Below are positions 48,492 through 60,594 of a stretch of 64,000 bases of DNA, one piece after another. The notes below the pieces were generated by a model. The model was not told the DNA's origin. It ran no database searches and saw only the letters and a program-made list of their open reading frames with translations. The stretch comes from a virus (Duplodnaviria > Caudoviricetes). The stretch covers positions 3,419-67,418 of the IMG/VR virus record IMGVR_UViG_3300028832_000139. One strand, 5' to 3'. The position numbers and the translations under genes are program-made. The first letter of the stretch is position 1. Each line of letters starts with the position of its first letter.

Positions 48492-51400
48492 ACCTTACAT
48501 TTTTACTTTCTAAAATTTCAAAATACTCTTTGAAAACTCGTTCAGTAAACATCTCATAATCAGTAGAATCTTTCCAAAGTCCGCAATAAGCATAGATAAA
48601 ATTAGAATATGCTCCATACTCCCATTCTATTATATCGCCTACCTTGAACTTAATGCCATAATCTTTGATACATTTTGCCTTTTGCAAACAGTAGCCACCT
48701 TCTTTCATAGTCGTATCTGTTTGATAGTTATTTATGAAGACTAATGTATATCAAAAACGCTAAAGTAAAATGTATTGTAACAAGAAATCCTAAAAGGAGA
48801 TACTTTCCGTCTAATGCCATCTTGCTTACATATACACTCATATAGAAGAAGTACATCAACACACTACTTCCGACTACTGATGCTATTATTTTTAATATTT
48901 CATTATTCATACTTTACCATCCTATTCTTTAGTAAAACCGATGATAACACTTCTAGCAATACCACCGATCTTCGCCTTTATACTTATACTTACTTAGGTG
49001 CCTGCTACCACATTTAGGGCAACGCTTCCTGTGAAAAGGTATGCAGATTATTGCTATACCTATTATTAGAGCGACTAAAACTTCCATAATCTATTCAATT
49101 AAAGTCCACTTTTCGATAGCACTATATGGTATTTCGTCACAATCCTCACTATAGTGCTGGTAAGGATATTCACGAAAGCGCAAAACAGCATAACGATTTT
49201 TGTCATAGCAAAAACTCTCTGCTATTTTAGCCAGTATTATTGAGCCTGTAGGCTTATCTGTTCTCCATTCAATCATACTACTTATTTTTTAGTTTCTTAC
49301 TTCATGCTGTTCTCCTTCTATTAAATAACCGTTTGCTTCACAGTACTTCCTGTTATGCTCGAAAAACTCAAATATTTCGGCATCTTCGGTATTTATTGCC
49401 CATTTCTTCCATTTCAACGCTTCCGTTGCAGATTCTGAAGAGCCGCAATTTTCCAAATGGGAGCATCTTATGTCAGTAAAGTACCAAGATAAACTTCCAC
49501 AGTCTCTAAACGCTCTTTCGTGCGTATGCCATTTCGCGTCTTGTGGTATATTAAAACCAAACCCTTCGTTTAGTCTTTTTATAATTCTTTCCTTTACTGT
49601 CATACCTTACCCTCCATATATTTTCTAAATTCATCAACATTGATAGTATATTCGCCACAACCAATAGTTGCCCTTGCTCCATGCTTTAAGACTTGTTTTT
49701 GATTGTAGTTGTAAAGAAACTCCTCAGCCTTCTCAATAAAGGCATCTGTTCGGGCGTACTCTACAAACAGCCCATCTGGTAAACCTTTTGGCACGCTTCC
49801 TTCAAACCATCTGTCATGTGCATTTGGTTGAATATGTATCTTCTTTGGTACTTCATTTGGTGTCATAATTATTTCTTTTTTCTTTCTAAAAATCGTTTCA
49901 AAACTTCTTGGCTTGTTTCGTCAAATCCGAAGATTTTTCCTTCTGCGCAAACTTCATTGTATATTCTCCAAATGTCATATACATCTTCATTTGTCAGTTC
50001 CAAGTCTTTCTCTGCTTGGTGGTAGCCCTCCTTGTACCCTCTTATTATTTGGTCGGCAAAAATGTTAGGTTGAATCTGTTGCCGTACCAAGAATGTAATA
50101 GCCAAACTATTTATTCTATTTTCTTTTTCTGCCTTACTCATTTTTCATTGTCTGTTAGTAAATATATAACTTTATCATAATCGTCAGCACTCAATTTATT
50201 CAACTCTTTTAATATTGTAGCGTCAAGTACGTTTTCTAATTTTATTCCTGCTACTAATTCAATAGCACAAATTACATCTTGCCTATTGAAACTTTTTCCA
50301 ATAAATGTAAACTTATCCATCTTTCATTGCTTGTTTTAAGTCTTCAATCCAGCCATCAAATTTGCAGCCCCCATTTTCATTGTTGTATTCCACCCATTTG
50401 ATAGCCCTTTCTGCCATTTCTTCCCTTGCAATCTCAATAGCCGTGAGTGCTTGGTCGGGAGTTATCCAAGGATGATTTTCTTCAGTGCCATCCAATCGTG
50501 GATTTATAAATACATTACTACAATTTCTTGTGCAATCTTTAACAAATTCTTCCGCCTTACCCATAGTCAGTCCTCCTTAATGATTATCAGTTTTACTTTG
50601 TCGCCCAATTCTATATCCGTTAGGTGTTCATCAATATCGCAGGATATGTGTTTATATCCATTTCTATAAGAGAAACAGCCGCCATTCACGGCATCCTTCA
50701 TCATCTGCTCTTTCTGCCAGTTAGCAAAGTGGTGGGCTGCTTTTCGTACCAATGATGTACTGATGTCTTCATCAACTTCTTTCGGATAGCCTACATAGCG
50801 TATGATTTCCTGTTCCAAGTCCTCGCTTGCAGCTTCTTTACAATTCTTTCCATTTCTTTCAACATTGGAAAGTTTCAACAACTGCTTATGTTCGGCATCC
50901 CACTCATAACCTGCTTCTTTCATCTTGATAAACAGCAAATCGCGCTCTTCATCGGTGGCAGGGCGTATGTCTTCAGAATGTTCAGTAACACCCATATAAC
51001 CATCCTCGAACGCATGAAAGCAACCTTTATACACTCTACAATGAAAGTCTATACAATTCTTTGCATAATCACGGTTGCTGACACCTTTGAAGATAAAAAT
51101 CTGTCCACCAAGTTTACCTATTGGTAACGCTTTAAGCACATCACCATTTTTGGCATCTTCGATAGTCCAAGGGCGACATAATTCTTCGATGAAGTATGTT
51201 TGGTATCTTCTTCCTTGAAGAATAAGGTTGTCAGATTTTCCACTCCTAACGACTTGAAATGTCTCGTTCTGGTATACCACCCAGTCACCCTCTTTGATAT
51301 TGTTGGAAATTCCCCCTTTATTTCCCTTGTTTTCCTCTATTGGAACGATATGCTCACCATCAAACTTAAAGCCTTGTTCATGTAAGCAGTTAGCAATATC

Positions 51401-53062
51401 TTCTACCAAGTTGGGGTCTTTACTGTTCTGAAGTAAATATTCCCACATCTTTTTATTATCTAATTGTTTTTCCATAGTTATTCTCCTTTCTGTGCCTTTA
51501 ATCCAAGTTCAAAGAAATGTTTGGCAGTTTCAAACATAGAACGACCATTATCACTATTGATAAAGTCCTTGTATTCTTTCTCAAAATCCACCTCTTTTAC
51601 TTCAAGGGTGTTAATGAAAGAAAGAATACTCATCAACACATGGCATTTTGCTCCATACAAAGCCTCCAATTCGCCACTAACTCCTACATCAATGGTAGCG
51701 TACTTTTTTATTTTTTCCCCTATCTCCGCTACTAAAGCGGCTTTTGATATATACTGTTCCATAACTATTTCTCCATTAGTTTCTTTAATTGTTCTAATAA
51801 CTTTACAAGTATTTTGCCATCGTCTACACTTACACATCTGTTAGAAGCCCTTGCAAGACTTCGTAACTGCTCTTCACTCGGCTTCCACCTGTTCTGAGGT
51901 CTGAGGAATTTGGCACGTTTAGTCATCCAATCCAAAACCCTTTTAAGCATAAGTTTGTAGGTTTCTTCTGGATAGTCCTCGTCATTGTAGAAATATGTAT
52001 CTGACAAGTCGTTATACAACTGTTCGTCATCTTCACTCCAAGTAGGTTTCTGCTCACCTTGCTTTTCGAGCCAATAAGCATCATGCAATCTATCGTGTAA
52101 ACTTTTAAGTTGCTCATACAAATCCTTATCTTTTTGCACTTTCTTTGCGGCTTCCATTGCACATTGTAATGCAAGTACATCGTCAAATGTAAACTTAGGT
52201 AGGCTTATATTTTCACCTTGCTTTTCAAGTTCGCGCTTTGCATCACACATACCTTTTATCCAAGCATTGTCAACATCTTTCTTGGTAAAAGTTTGACCTT
52301 GCTTTTCAAGGTAAGCAACCCAAGAATCATATTGTTCTTTATGCTTTGACGGAAAGCAACCTTGTTGTTTCATTGCCTTAAAGCAATCAAGTATTTCTTT
52401 CCTTATCCTCTCGTCCTCATCCTCTTTGAGTTCTGGGAACATTTCATAAATGTCGTTAGGTGTAAATGTATCTACCATATCAGCCTTGTCGACGCAAAGT
52501 TTTCTCTTTGCAACCTCAATAGCCCTCTTGTATTCCTTTTCGTAGTCCATATTATATTGTTTTAAGTTTTGTAAAAATCTCCAAAAGTGTTTTTGCTACA
52601 TCACTACCATTTCTCTTATCGTTGCCATAGTTATTCTCCTTTTAGTTCTTTAATCTTCTTCTCAATCATAATGCGTTGTCCGTCGTTCTTTGGATATACC
52701 AAAGCCTTTTCTATCTCTTTAAGAACAGCGTTTGCACCTTTGAAATATGCACCACGCTTTTGCTTAATTTCAACTTCATATTCCATTGGTGACTGTTTAA
52801 ACTCACCATTTTCAATAATTGGGTAGGCTTCAATCGCCATGTCTTTAATTGTCTTTGCCATAGTCTAAACTTTTTGATTACTAAACTCTATTCTATAACT
52901 CTTACCTTTCAGCGAGGGAAATTTACCAAGAATTATGTCTTTAATCTCCTTATCGCTATATTCTGGCTTATTGGCTATCTTTACTTGTTTGTAGAAGCTG
53001 CCGTTAAGCATTATGTCAATATAAAGGTTAGCCATTCTCAACTTCCTTAAATTCTCCGTCAA
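48481..53062 (-). other. Cluster of about 14 small to medium hypothetical early genes
   Basis: Tightly packed co-oriented ORFs (e.g. 49289-49603, 50567-51475, 51478-51762, 51765-52550). Confidence 0.75.
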
Positions 53063-53957
53063 TCAACCTATACCATGTATCTTCTTTGATACGCTCACCA
53101 TCTACTTGCTCAGTCTTAACACACTTAGGAACGTAGCGACCTTTTTCTTCGCTATATACCCATTCAGAAAGTGTTATCCAAGAGCCTTTCTTAGCTTTTG
53201 CAATAGAATTGTAGCCTGCGCAACAGATTACCGAGTCTTCGCCAGTAGAGTTAATCTGAGCAGAGTAACCGCTTGAACCAATCTGAGCAGAGTAACCGCT
53301 TGAACCAATCTGAGCAGAGTCACCGCTTGAACCAATCTGAGCATAGTCACCGCTTGAACCAATCTGAGCAGAGTAACCGCTTGAACCAATCTGAGCATAG
53401 TCACCGCTTGAACCAATCTTAGCAGAGTAACCGCTTGAACCAATCTTAGCAGAGTCACCGCTTGAACCAATCTTAGCAGAGTAACCGCTTGAACCAATCT
53501 TAGCAGAGTAACCGCTTGAACCAATCTTAGCAGAGTCACCGCTTGAACCAATCTGAGCAAAGTTACCGCCATTATCACTAAGCATCTCGTCTTTACTATC
53601 GGACTGATTTACTTTCTCCTTTATCCATTCTACTCCAAGTTTAATGAAGTCAGCAAACTTCAATTCAGCCTTAATCTTAATCTTAGAAGAAGCGACCTTA
53701 GTGCTTTCTCCATTCTCTTTATCGAGAGTGCCAGACTGCTCAACCTCACAGAAACGTGCCAATCTGCAATCGTCGTCTAAAAAGTAATGGTCTAACACTT
53801 CCAATGGTGACTCGCAAGCATGAAAGCCATGCTCACAACATTTAATATCACCATCAATTTTATACTCATTACCGATTTCGTATTGGAAACCTCGGCAAGT
53901 CATATCTTGATTAAACCCTTTATAGGCGGTTATTACCTTTTCATCTTTCTTACTCAT
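53028..53957 (-). CDS. DUF7666-like protein with 9-aa repeats
   Basis: AYKGF...CRGFQYE.G...GFHAC..PL.V followed by (IGSSGxxAK/Q)n. Confidence 0.75.
   Translation of the reverse strand: MSKKDEKVITAYKGFNQDMTCRGFQYEIGNEYKIDGDIKCCEHGFHACESPLEVLDHYFLDDDCRLARFCEVEQSGTLDKENGESTKVASSKIKIKAELKFADFIKLGVEWIKEKVNQSDSKDEMLSDNGGNFAQIGSSGDSAKIGSSGYSAKIGSSGYSAKIGSSGDSAKIGSSGYSAKIGSSGDYAQIGSSGYSAQIGSSGDYAQIGSSGDSAQIGSSGYSAQIGSSGYSAQINSTGEDSVICCAGYNSIAKAKKGSWITLSEWVYSEEKGRYVPKCVKTEQVDGERIKEDTWYRLIDGEFKEVENG
53253..53560 (-). repeat. 27-bp coding tandem repeat, about 11 copies
   Basis: Unit like ACCGCTTGAACCAATCTGAGCAGAGTA. Confidence 0.95.
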
Positions 53958-53968
53958 ATATCTTTCTT

Positions 53969-54896
53969 TTAATTACCAAAAACGATCTCAACTTCATGCA
54001 CATTATTACTATATTTATATTCTTTAGTGCTAACCTCAATACTCTTTACTGAGCCATGTTCTTCTTCCATTGACTTTACAATATCGAGAAGCTGCTTTTT
54101 ATATTCATTTATAGTCATACTGTCAATCATTAGAGGTTTTATTTTCAATCTTAATATACTTGTCAAAATTGAGGATTTTAACCTCTGACAGCCAACTGAG
54201 AATAGTCGTTTCTATACCATCTTCATTATTGCAAATAAAGTCTTGCTTGATTACACCAGCGATAACACATAAAGCCTTAGTAAAAGCGTGCGCTATCGTT
54301 AACGCATCAACATAACCCATTCCATCATACGGCTCTAATAACTGAGCTGTCATTTCTTTAGACTTTTCTAAATCAACTGACACTTTTATAGTTTTACTCA
54401 TACTTCCTTGCTATTACGTTCTACATACATCTTACGCATAGTATTCACTGCTACTACAGCATCGTCTCGAAGAAAACTACAGGGGCAAACCAAGTTACCA
54501 TTGTAGGTGAACCACAGAGCATTGTCGTGCTCACAAATCTGGTAGAGGTCTTTTGCATCTTCCTCTGCCTGTTTTTTCTTGTTTTCGGCATCTTTGCGCC
54601 AATAAGAATCCCACCACGTCATAGTTTATGCTTTACGATTATAAATGCACCAAAGGCTAATATTGCTATTATTGCTATAAAAGCAATATCAAAAAGCTCA
54701 ATAGGTATTTCTCTCATAATATTTTGTTTTAAGTTTCTTTTTCTCTGCAAACGGCTAACCAACGATGTTTCTCGGTTTCATCCTCTAAGGACTGGAGAAG
54801 TGTTTTGATTTTAGACCATTTGTTTTCTTCGTTTGAGTCTCTTACGGCTACGATCTGCTGAACGATAGCCTCGTCATGTTTCGATAGTGTTGTCAT
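53969..54896 (-). other. Small hypothetical genes
   Basis: ORFs 53969-54118, 54123-54401, 54398-54622 and two shorter ones. Confidence 0.6.
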
Positions 54897-55477
54897 TTTC
54901 TTAATGAATCTCCTTTGAATAATATTGTTGTTGTCAGGGAGTGGAGCCTGTCAATGGTTCGCTCTCCGTATCTCTCTTTAATTTCGCTTAGACTGAGGTT
55001 AGTCGTAATAACAAGTAACTTCTGCTTTCGCTCTGCCAGGTCAACAAGTTCACGGAAATAGTCGTGCTTCTCTCCGTACTGGTTAGCGATACTTTCCGTT
55101 CCTACATCATCAAGAGAGATTATCTTCTTGTCGCTGATGCTGCTAAACTTGTTAGAGATTTCAGCCATACTTACTACGTTCATTATCAGTCCGTGCCAGT
55201 TCTGAAAGATAATAGGCAGTATCTTTTGGCAGATAAGCGACTTCCCTCGCCCGCAGTTGCCGTAACAAAGCAAGCCTCTGCTCTTGTTGTCAGCAAGCCA
55301 CTCGGCTACTTCTTCGTATTCAGGCAGCCATTGTGTTTCTTCGCCACAGAAATGCACAAGTCCACGCATTAGCACGTTTCTTGCGTTGCGTGTTTCGATG
55401 TGTATTCTATCATCGTCAGCCTTGAAACCGCTACTACGCTGCTGCTCGATAATCTTGTTTAGTTCTTCGTTTACCAT
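54893..55477 (-). CDS. DnaC/IstB-like helicase loader ATPase
   Basis: GNCGRGKS; SLDDVGTE; ITTNL; RYGERTIDRL. Confidence 0.85.
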   Translation of the reverse strand: MVNEELNKIIEQQRSSGFKADDDRIHIETRNARNVLMRGLVHFCGEETQWLPEYEEVAEWLADNKSRGLLCYGNCGRGKSLICQKILPIIFQNWHGLIMNVVSMAEISNKFSSISDKKIISLDDVGTESIANQYGEKHDYFRELVDLAERKQKLLVITTNLSLSEIKERYGERTIDRLHSLTTTILFKGDSLRK

Positions 55478-56358
55478 CCTTTATCTTTGTATTTGTCAGG
55501 TTCGTTATTGAGATTAAAACCGATAGGCAGTTCTTGTGCTGGTATGCCATCGTACTTGCCTTCAAGTATCTTCACGAAAGAGTTAGGATTGATAATGAAG
55601 TCTATGTCGGCTTTCCAACCTCTATTTCCACCACCATTGCAGAAATTACTTGTCGTAACCTTGGTAATGGCTTCATAGACTTTCTCTATACCGAAATCCT
55701 TTATTCTTGCCTCTATTGACTTCTTTCGTTTTTCCGTCAGTTTTATACACTTTGGTAGTTTAGTGTTTACGACAGACTGATTATAGAAGTCAAAGACCTT
55801 TCTTGCCTCTGTTGCATCTTCTTTTTTTGAAGAAGATATATTATTTTCTTTCTTATATTCTTTATTATTATATATATGTGTTTCGGGTTGTGTTTCACCT
55901 TGTGTTTCAGGTTGTGTTTCACTAACACCCTCAAAACCCCTTTGTTTATTATGGTTTAGGTGTTTCAAAGGTGTTTCACCTTGTGTTTCAGGTTGTGTTT
56001 CACTTCCGAAATCAATTATTGTTATTATTGTTTTGTCTTTATCGAAAAGAATAGTTATATAGCCTTTACTTTCAAGGCTTATCAAGAATCGTCTTACTTT
56101 ACTATAACTCCATATCCATTTATCCGCCATAGCGCGAAGTGATAGCGAGAGCTGATTACGTTTCAACTTTGTTCCGTCAGCCTCAGTTCTATCTCTTATA
56201 TTGGCAGAGGCATATATATCATAGAAAGCATCAAGTTCGCTATAAACTCGTTTAGTGTTCCATTGTCTTTCTTCATATATACGTCTTGGTATTTTAATAA
56301 ACCCCTTGCACATAGTTAGTCGCTGCATACATGATACCTCAGTCCTGCCTCTTTGCAC
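55471..56358 (-). CDS. Replication initiator (lambda O/DnaD-like); likely start MCKGFIKI
   Basis: GFIKI.R N-terminus, wHTH-like region, C-terminal GWKADIDFI...FVKILEGKY. Confidence 0.8.
   Translation of the reverse strand: MQRGRTEVSCMQRLTMCKGFIKIPRRIYEERQWNTKRVYSELDAFYDIYASANIRDRTEADGTKLKRNQLSLSLRAMADKWIWSYSKVRRFLISLESKGYITILFDKDKTIITIIDFGSETQPETQGETPLKHLNHNKQRGFEGVSETQPETQGETQPETHIYNNKEYKKENNISSSKKEDATEARKVFDFYNQSVVNTKLPKCIKLTEKRKKSIEARIKDFGIEKVYEAITKVTTSNFCNGGGNRGWKADIDFIINPNSFVKILEGKYDGIPAQELPIGFNLNNEPDKYKDKGW
55878..56001. repeat. Iteron-like repeats (GTGTTTC x8, 11-12 bp period), probable origin
   Basis: Two blocks of four repeats inside the initiator, next to an AT-rich tract. Confidence 0.7.
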
Positions 56359-56743
56359 TCATATACGGTATCATATCCGTGTTCGTTATGTTCCACTTGC
56401 TCAAAGGTATATCCTGCCTTTTTAGCCATATCTACGAGTCTCTGTTCAAGAGAGTCAGAAGCCCAGCCGTTAGCCGTTCCGAGGTCTTTAATATTCTGTG
56501 TCATATTGTTTAAGTTTGAAGTTAGAAAACACCATCACTATCATTGCTTCCTTTCGGCTGATAGTATGGCTTGTATATACATTCTTTATCGTTATAGGTG
56601 TCAAGTTCGATGTATTCCTCTGGGTGCATTAAGGCTGTCCTTAGATTGGTGTTCTTATAATAAGGGCAGTGTTCCCGATGCTCACAGGTGCGCTCTTGAA
56701 AGATGTCGTTTACTCTTATGCCCAGGCAATACGAAAACATCAC
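56316..56743 (-). other. Two small hypothetical genes (56316-56504, 56522-56743)
   Basis: Co-oriented ORFs. Confidence 0.6.
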
Positions 56744-57162
56744 TTATATGTTTGATAAAATTCTTCAAAGTACCGATCTTCGGGGTTAGGCAATCTTATT
56801 CCGAACTCTGTTAAAGCATCTGCTTGTACCTTATTCAAGAAGTCCGTCATTTTGTCTTTCGACTGCTTGCTTGTTCCCTCTACGATAGTCCGTATAGTGC
56901 CGTTCCAAGTTATCTGCTTGCGTAAGAACTTAGCACAATAGTAGTCGTGAACATCTTGCTTAGATGTACCAGTCTCAGCCTCTATACAAGTAAACCAAAG
57001 CCACATCAAAGCGTTCTGGTCTATGCTGCGAGGCTCTTTCTCCTTGGATATGGTAACGATGTACCTACCATTCCTAAGAGATTGGAAGATGGCGGCAGGC
57101 TCTTTATCGAAAGAAACCTGCTCGCCGTTCTTTGTAAGAATGAGAGTTTTGACGTTAGCCAT
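56740..57162 (-). CDS. NinB/Orf-like recombination mediator
   Basis: RSIDQNALMWLW...TSKQSK..M..FL..V. Confidence 0.7.
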   Translation of the reverse strand: MANVKTLILTKNGEQVSFDKEPAAIFQSLRNGRYIVTISKEKEPRSIDQNALMWLWFTCIEAETGTSKQDVHDYYCAKFLRKQITWNGTIRTIVEGTSKQSKDKMTDFLNKVQADALTEFGIRLPNPEDRYFEEFYQTYK

Positions 57163-57166
57163 AATA

Positions 57167-57698
57167 CTAAAAGTTAATTAGTAAGATTTCTTCGTTCAAA
57201 CCAGAATTTTTTAATATATCCTCATATACTTTCTTAGCTTGTTCTGCTGTTTCCAGCTTAACTCCATCGTTGGTATAACAGCATTTGTCACTACGACTCA
57301 TTGTTATAGCGCAATGAATACGATGATGTGCTTTTCTTGACATCAAAAAAACCGAATGAGGAAGGTTGTAATTCCAATGATGAGCCTCTTTGTCTTTTGT
57401 GTCATATCCACGTCTACGAAGGTACTTACTAATAGTTGAAGCTCCAGTGACGTTAAAGTCACTTCTTGTTGTGTTTTTTAGATTAACATAACCGAGTCTT
57501 TTGTACTTCTCACGCCCCCTAACACGCTCTTTTTCCATCCATTCTTCATCAGACGATTTACGTACATAATCATTGCGAACATCTTTTTTTTGTGCATTCT
57601 TTACACTTGTTAAGGTGTCCATCTGCCATCCGAGAATGTTTATAAAATTCTGTAAGTGGTAATTCTCTACCACATTTGAAACATTTTTTCTTTTGCAT
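57167..57698 (-). pseudogene. Zn-ribbon/HNH-like protein, frameshifted at an A8 run
   Basis: [21 protein letters not shown]...NKCKEC joins DVRNDY...EAHHWNY...H.RIH only if A8 (57584-57591) is read as A7. Confidence 0.6.
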
Positions 57699-57727
57699 AT
57701 TATTGAGATTTTGTTAACGGGGTGTAG

Positions 57728-58051
57728 CTATGCGGCCACACCCCTTAAATCAAAAGGGAGATCATCGTCTTGTGCTGCGGGTGCGTTGGCTATATCGTCA
57801 GTAGTCGGCTGATTGTTCTGCTGTACCCAAGCCTTCGCTGAACCTATAATGTAGTTTACACCCTCTTTACGTTCCTCTTTCTTAGGTTCGCAAGAAATGA
57901 AGTGTGTATCGCCATACTTACTCGGCTCTTTACGTTCCTTAATCTTCACGTTAAGGTACTTCTTCTTCTCTCCGCTTTTGAGCGTTACTTCTTTGATTTG
58001 GTCTCTGGGAATATCCGAAAGACAAATGCTACCAAATAATAATTCTGCCAT
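57728..58051 (-). CDS. Single-stranded DNA-binding protein (putative)
   Basis: Acidic C-tail DDDLPF; recombination module. Confidence 0.65.
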   Translation of the reverse strand: MAELLFGSICLSDIPRDQIKEVTLKSGEKKKYLNVKIKERKEPSKYGDTHFISCEPKKEERKEGVNYIIGSAKAWVQQNNQPTTDDIANAPAAQDDDLPFDLRGVAA

Positions 58052-58055
58052 AATA

Positions 58056-58979
58056 CTATTGATTTTGGATTGTTATTTTCAAACTGCCACTACGATTAGT
58101 GGTCTTTACATATTGCTTATATATCTCTGGCTGCTCTTCTTTGAGCCGCTTTGAGTCGAGAGTTTCCGTTGTAGATGGTAATACTCTTGTAAGAAGTACC
58201 TTTCCACCCTTATAGGATTTGATGTTATGTTCGCTCATAATGTCGTACAAACCTTTCTTCAACGTGTCCTGACGCTCTTTCCATGCTTTCATCTGCTGTT
58301 CTATCTTGATGATTTCATCCTCAACCTCTGAAAGCCTTGCAGGGAGATTGCCGTAAGTCGTTTCGATAGACTTGTTCGCCTTATCAACCTCAATAAGAGC
58401 ATTGATGTACTCGTCACTACAAACTTCTAATTCGTGCAGCTCTGCAATAGAGGTGTCCTTATTGGGGAGCCAGAGAACGTAGATGTGAGCAACCTTTAGT
58501 GTCGGGTTCTGACGCTCAAAGAAACGCTTATAGATGGATAGTTGTAATGCTGTTGACAACTTGTCGAGGTTGTACGTTGTCTTTGTATCAACCAAACATA
58601 CCTCCCCGTCAAGGTTAGCCATTACTATGTCTATCTGCGAGGCATAGCGTTCTTCATCGGAAACAGTGTACTCGTTAGCAATAGTAATAAGCCCATGCTC
58701 ACGTTTCAGTCTGTCGTAAGATGCGATGCGTGGATCATCGTGTTCGCTTGCATCGGTCTTAAAGTTGTCGTGATACTCTATCAACTCATGCAGCCTGTGT
58801 CCTTTCTCTGCTGCTTGTGCTAACACCTCTGGTGCAACATCTTTGTACTTGTCGGGGAAAGCGCGTTTGATAAGAGTAGAGGTAACACCGAACAACTCTT
58901 TTCCGTTAAGCCAGTATCGGTGTTCTTTTTCATCGAATACTACTGGCGATTTGACTAATAAAATACTCATGTCGCTCAT
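58056..58979 (-). CDS. PD-(D/E)XK (Cas4-like) exonuclease
   Basis: GVTS...KGHRLHE...ASQIDIV...VDTKT...QLSIY. Confidence 0.75.
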   Translation of the reverse strand: MSDMSILLVKSPVVFDEKEHRYWLNGKELFGVTSTLIKRAFPDKYKDVAPEVLAQAAEKGHRLHELIEYHDNFKTDASEHDDPRIASYDRLKREHGLITIANEYTVSDEERYASQIDIVMANLDGEVCLVDTKTTYNLDKLSTALQLSIYKRFFERQNPTLKVAHIYVLWLPNKDTSIAELHELEVCSDEYINALIEVDKANKSIETTYGNLPARLSEVEDEIIKIEQQMKAWKERQDTLKKGLYDIMSEHNIKSYKGGKVLLTRVLPSTTETLDSKRLKEEQPEIYKQYVKTTNRSGSLKITIQNQ

Positions 58980-59584
58980 TGTACTTCCTTATATCGCTTA
59001 TTCATAGCCTGTTTGAAAGGCTCGTAATTTCCTAATTCTGGGTTATTCTTTTTTAGGTCAAGAAGATATGCTCTGCTCGGTGCGTTTTCGATGTTTGCCT
59101 TAATCAACTCAAAAGCCTCTTGCATTTCTTTGTTGGCTTTCTGCTCTTTTTCTGCTTGCTCACGTTCTTTTTCTTCGCTCTCGCTAATAGGCAAATCCTC
59201 TCCTGCGTAAACGTACAAGCCCAAGCCGTGACGAGCGCAAGCCTTAGTGAGTGAACGCTGAATAGCCTTGTTTACATCGAATGAAGTAACCTTTTCTGCT
59301 GAGATAGACTGATTACGGAAATCCATAACAGGCAGATACTCGATATGTTCCAAGCCGTTAATAGTTACACCAGTCTTAACCCAACAGGTACGGCCATCGG
59401 TAAAATAGTTCCACCCGTCATTGTTCTCATAGATGGTGTATGAGGCATCAGGGTATTTCTCTTTGACTGCTTGCCAAGCAAAAGCCCAGGAAAGATACGT
59501 TAAGCCGTTCTTCTTTTCCGTGAACTTGTTTACATTGACAGCGTTAAGCGTTTCAAACACGCTTTGTAATTTCTTCTCTGCCAT
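58976..59584 (-). CDS. Sak-like single-strand annealing protein (DUF1071/Rad52-like)
   Basis: LTYLSWAFAW...EYLPVMDFRN...NKAIQRSLTKACARHGLGLYVYAGEDLP. Confidence 0.85.
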   Translation of the reverse strand: MAEKKLQSVFETLNAVNVNKFTEKKNGLTYLSWAFAWQAVKEKYPDASYTIYENNDGWNYFTDGRTCWVKTGVTINGLEHIEYLPVMDFRNQSISAEKVTSFDVNKAIQRSLTKACARHGLGLYVYAGEDLPISESEEKEREQAEKEQKANKEMQEAFELIKANIENAPSRAYLLDLKKNNPELGNYEPFKQAMNKRYKEVQ

Positions 59585-59586
59585 AG

Positions 59587-60366
59587 TTAGATGTTGTCAT
59601 TGTAAATACTTCCGTGCTTTTCTTCCCACTCCTTTTCAATATCACGAATTGGTACATGGTGCGTTTTAGGATGCTTGTAATCTCTTACAAATTCAAGGAA
59701 AGCGAGTTTTTTGATACAGCCACCGCCTTTTCCTGCGTTGTCAAGGCTGCGTCTCATAACCCAATTATTACATTGGTAACTCGGTCGCTCAGTAGTGCCA
59801 AACTCACAAATACGTGTCTTTTCTGAGTCAGCACCCAAATTGTGTGCGCACGATGCGCAACACACAGCAATAGGTATTCCGTACCTATTCTTCATAAATT
59901 GTTTATCAGCCATAATATTATTTTGTGTAAAACATTCCGTTTATTTGTTCGTGAGACGAAAAGGCGGGATCTAACGTATCGTCTTTTTCCTTTTCATCCT
60001 CTTCGTAATCGTCATAGAGCATCCTTACCCTATCAGCGTGTCGTTGGTGCGGATTATAGAAGTCCACTAACGCCTGTTCGTCAGAGTTTCTTGTTCTTCT
60101 CATAGTTTATCGTTTTTTCTTGCACCAGTTATCGGTAGCAGTGAAATACCCTGCATCCCAAATTTCTTGCGTAGTGGCTTTCGGGTGCTTTCTCAGCCAC
60201 TCGTCACGTTGTTCTATGTAACTCATATCAGCCACTTTTGTACCATATCATTTACTAAGCACATAGCAATTAACCAGAGAGGTACTGTTATACCGTAGAT
60301 TAACACATCTTTCAGCGTATAGTTCTCGCTGAGAAAATCATTTTTAATGTCATTATATCCATCCAT
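59587..60366 (-). other. Four small hypothetical genes (59587-59913, 59918-60103, 60107-60226, 60223-60366)
   Basis: ORF track plus manual reading; ATGA coupling at 60223-60226. Confidence 0.6.
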
Positions 60367-60387
60367 ACCTTATTATATATTAGTTAG

Positions 60388-60479
60388 TGGGGATGCAGGT
60401 AACGAAACCTGACGAGTTCTGCGGTAAAAAGTGAATCAGTATTGTTAGTTATTATGGGATAACCGCCAACTCCATCCCC
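60388..60479 (-). ncRNA. tRNA-like element (acceptor plus T-arm-like stem)
   Basis: GGGGATG/CATCCCC 7-bp stem; CAGGT-TTCGTT-ACCTG arm; internal GCGGT/ACCGC stem. Confidence 0.4.
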
Positions 60480-60594
60480 TGCCCCATCAAGAGGCTCGTT
60501 ATAGGGTTAAACACTTGCAGAGATTATTTCACCCTGCGTTAATTATCTCTTATCGACTTCGTTTGTTCCAAAATGTCAAAGAACGAGTGTTTAT

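Noticed and set aside
53253-53560. CRISPR array
   Set aside because: Contiguous 27-bp in-frame coding repeats with no unique spacers and no cas genes.
58056-58979. CRISPR adaptation cas4
   Set aside because: Lies in a Sak/SSB/NinB recombination module with no array or cas1; treated as a phage exonuclease.
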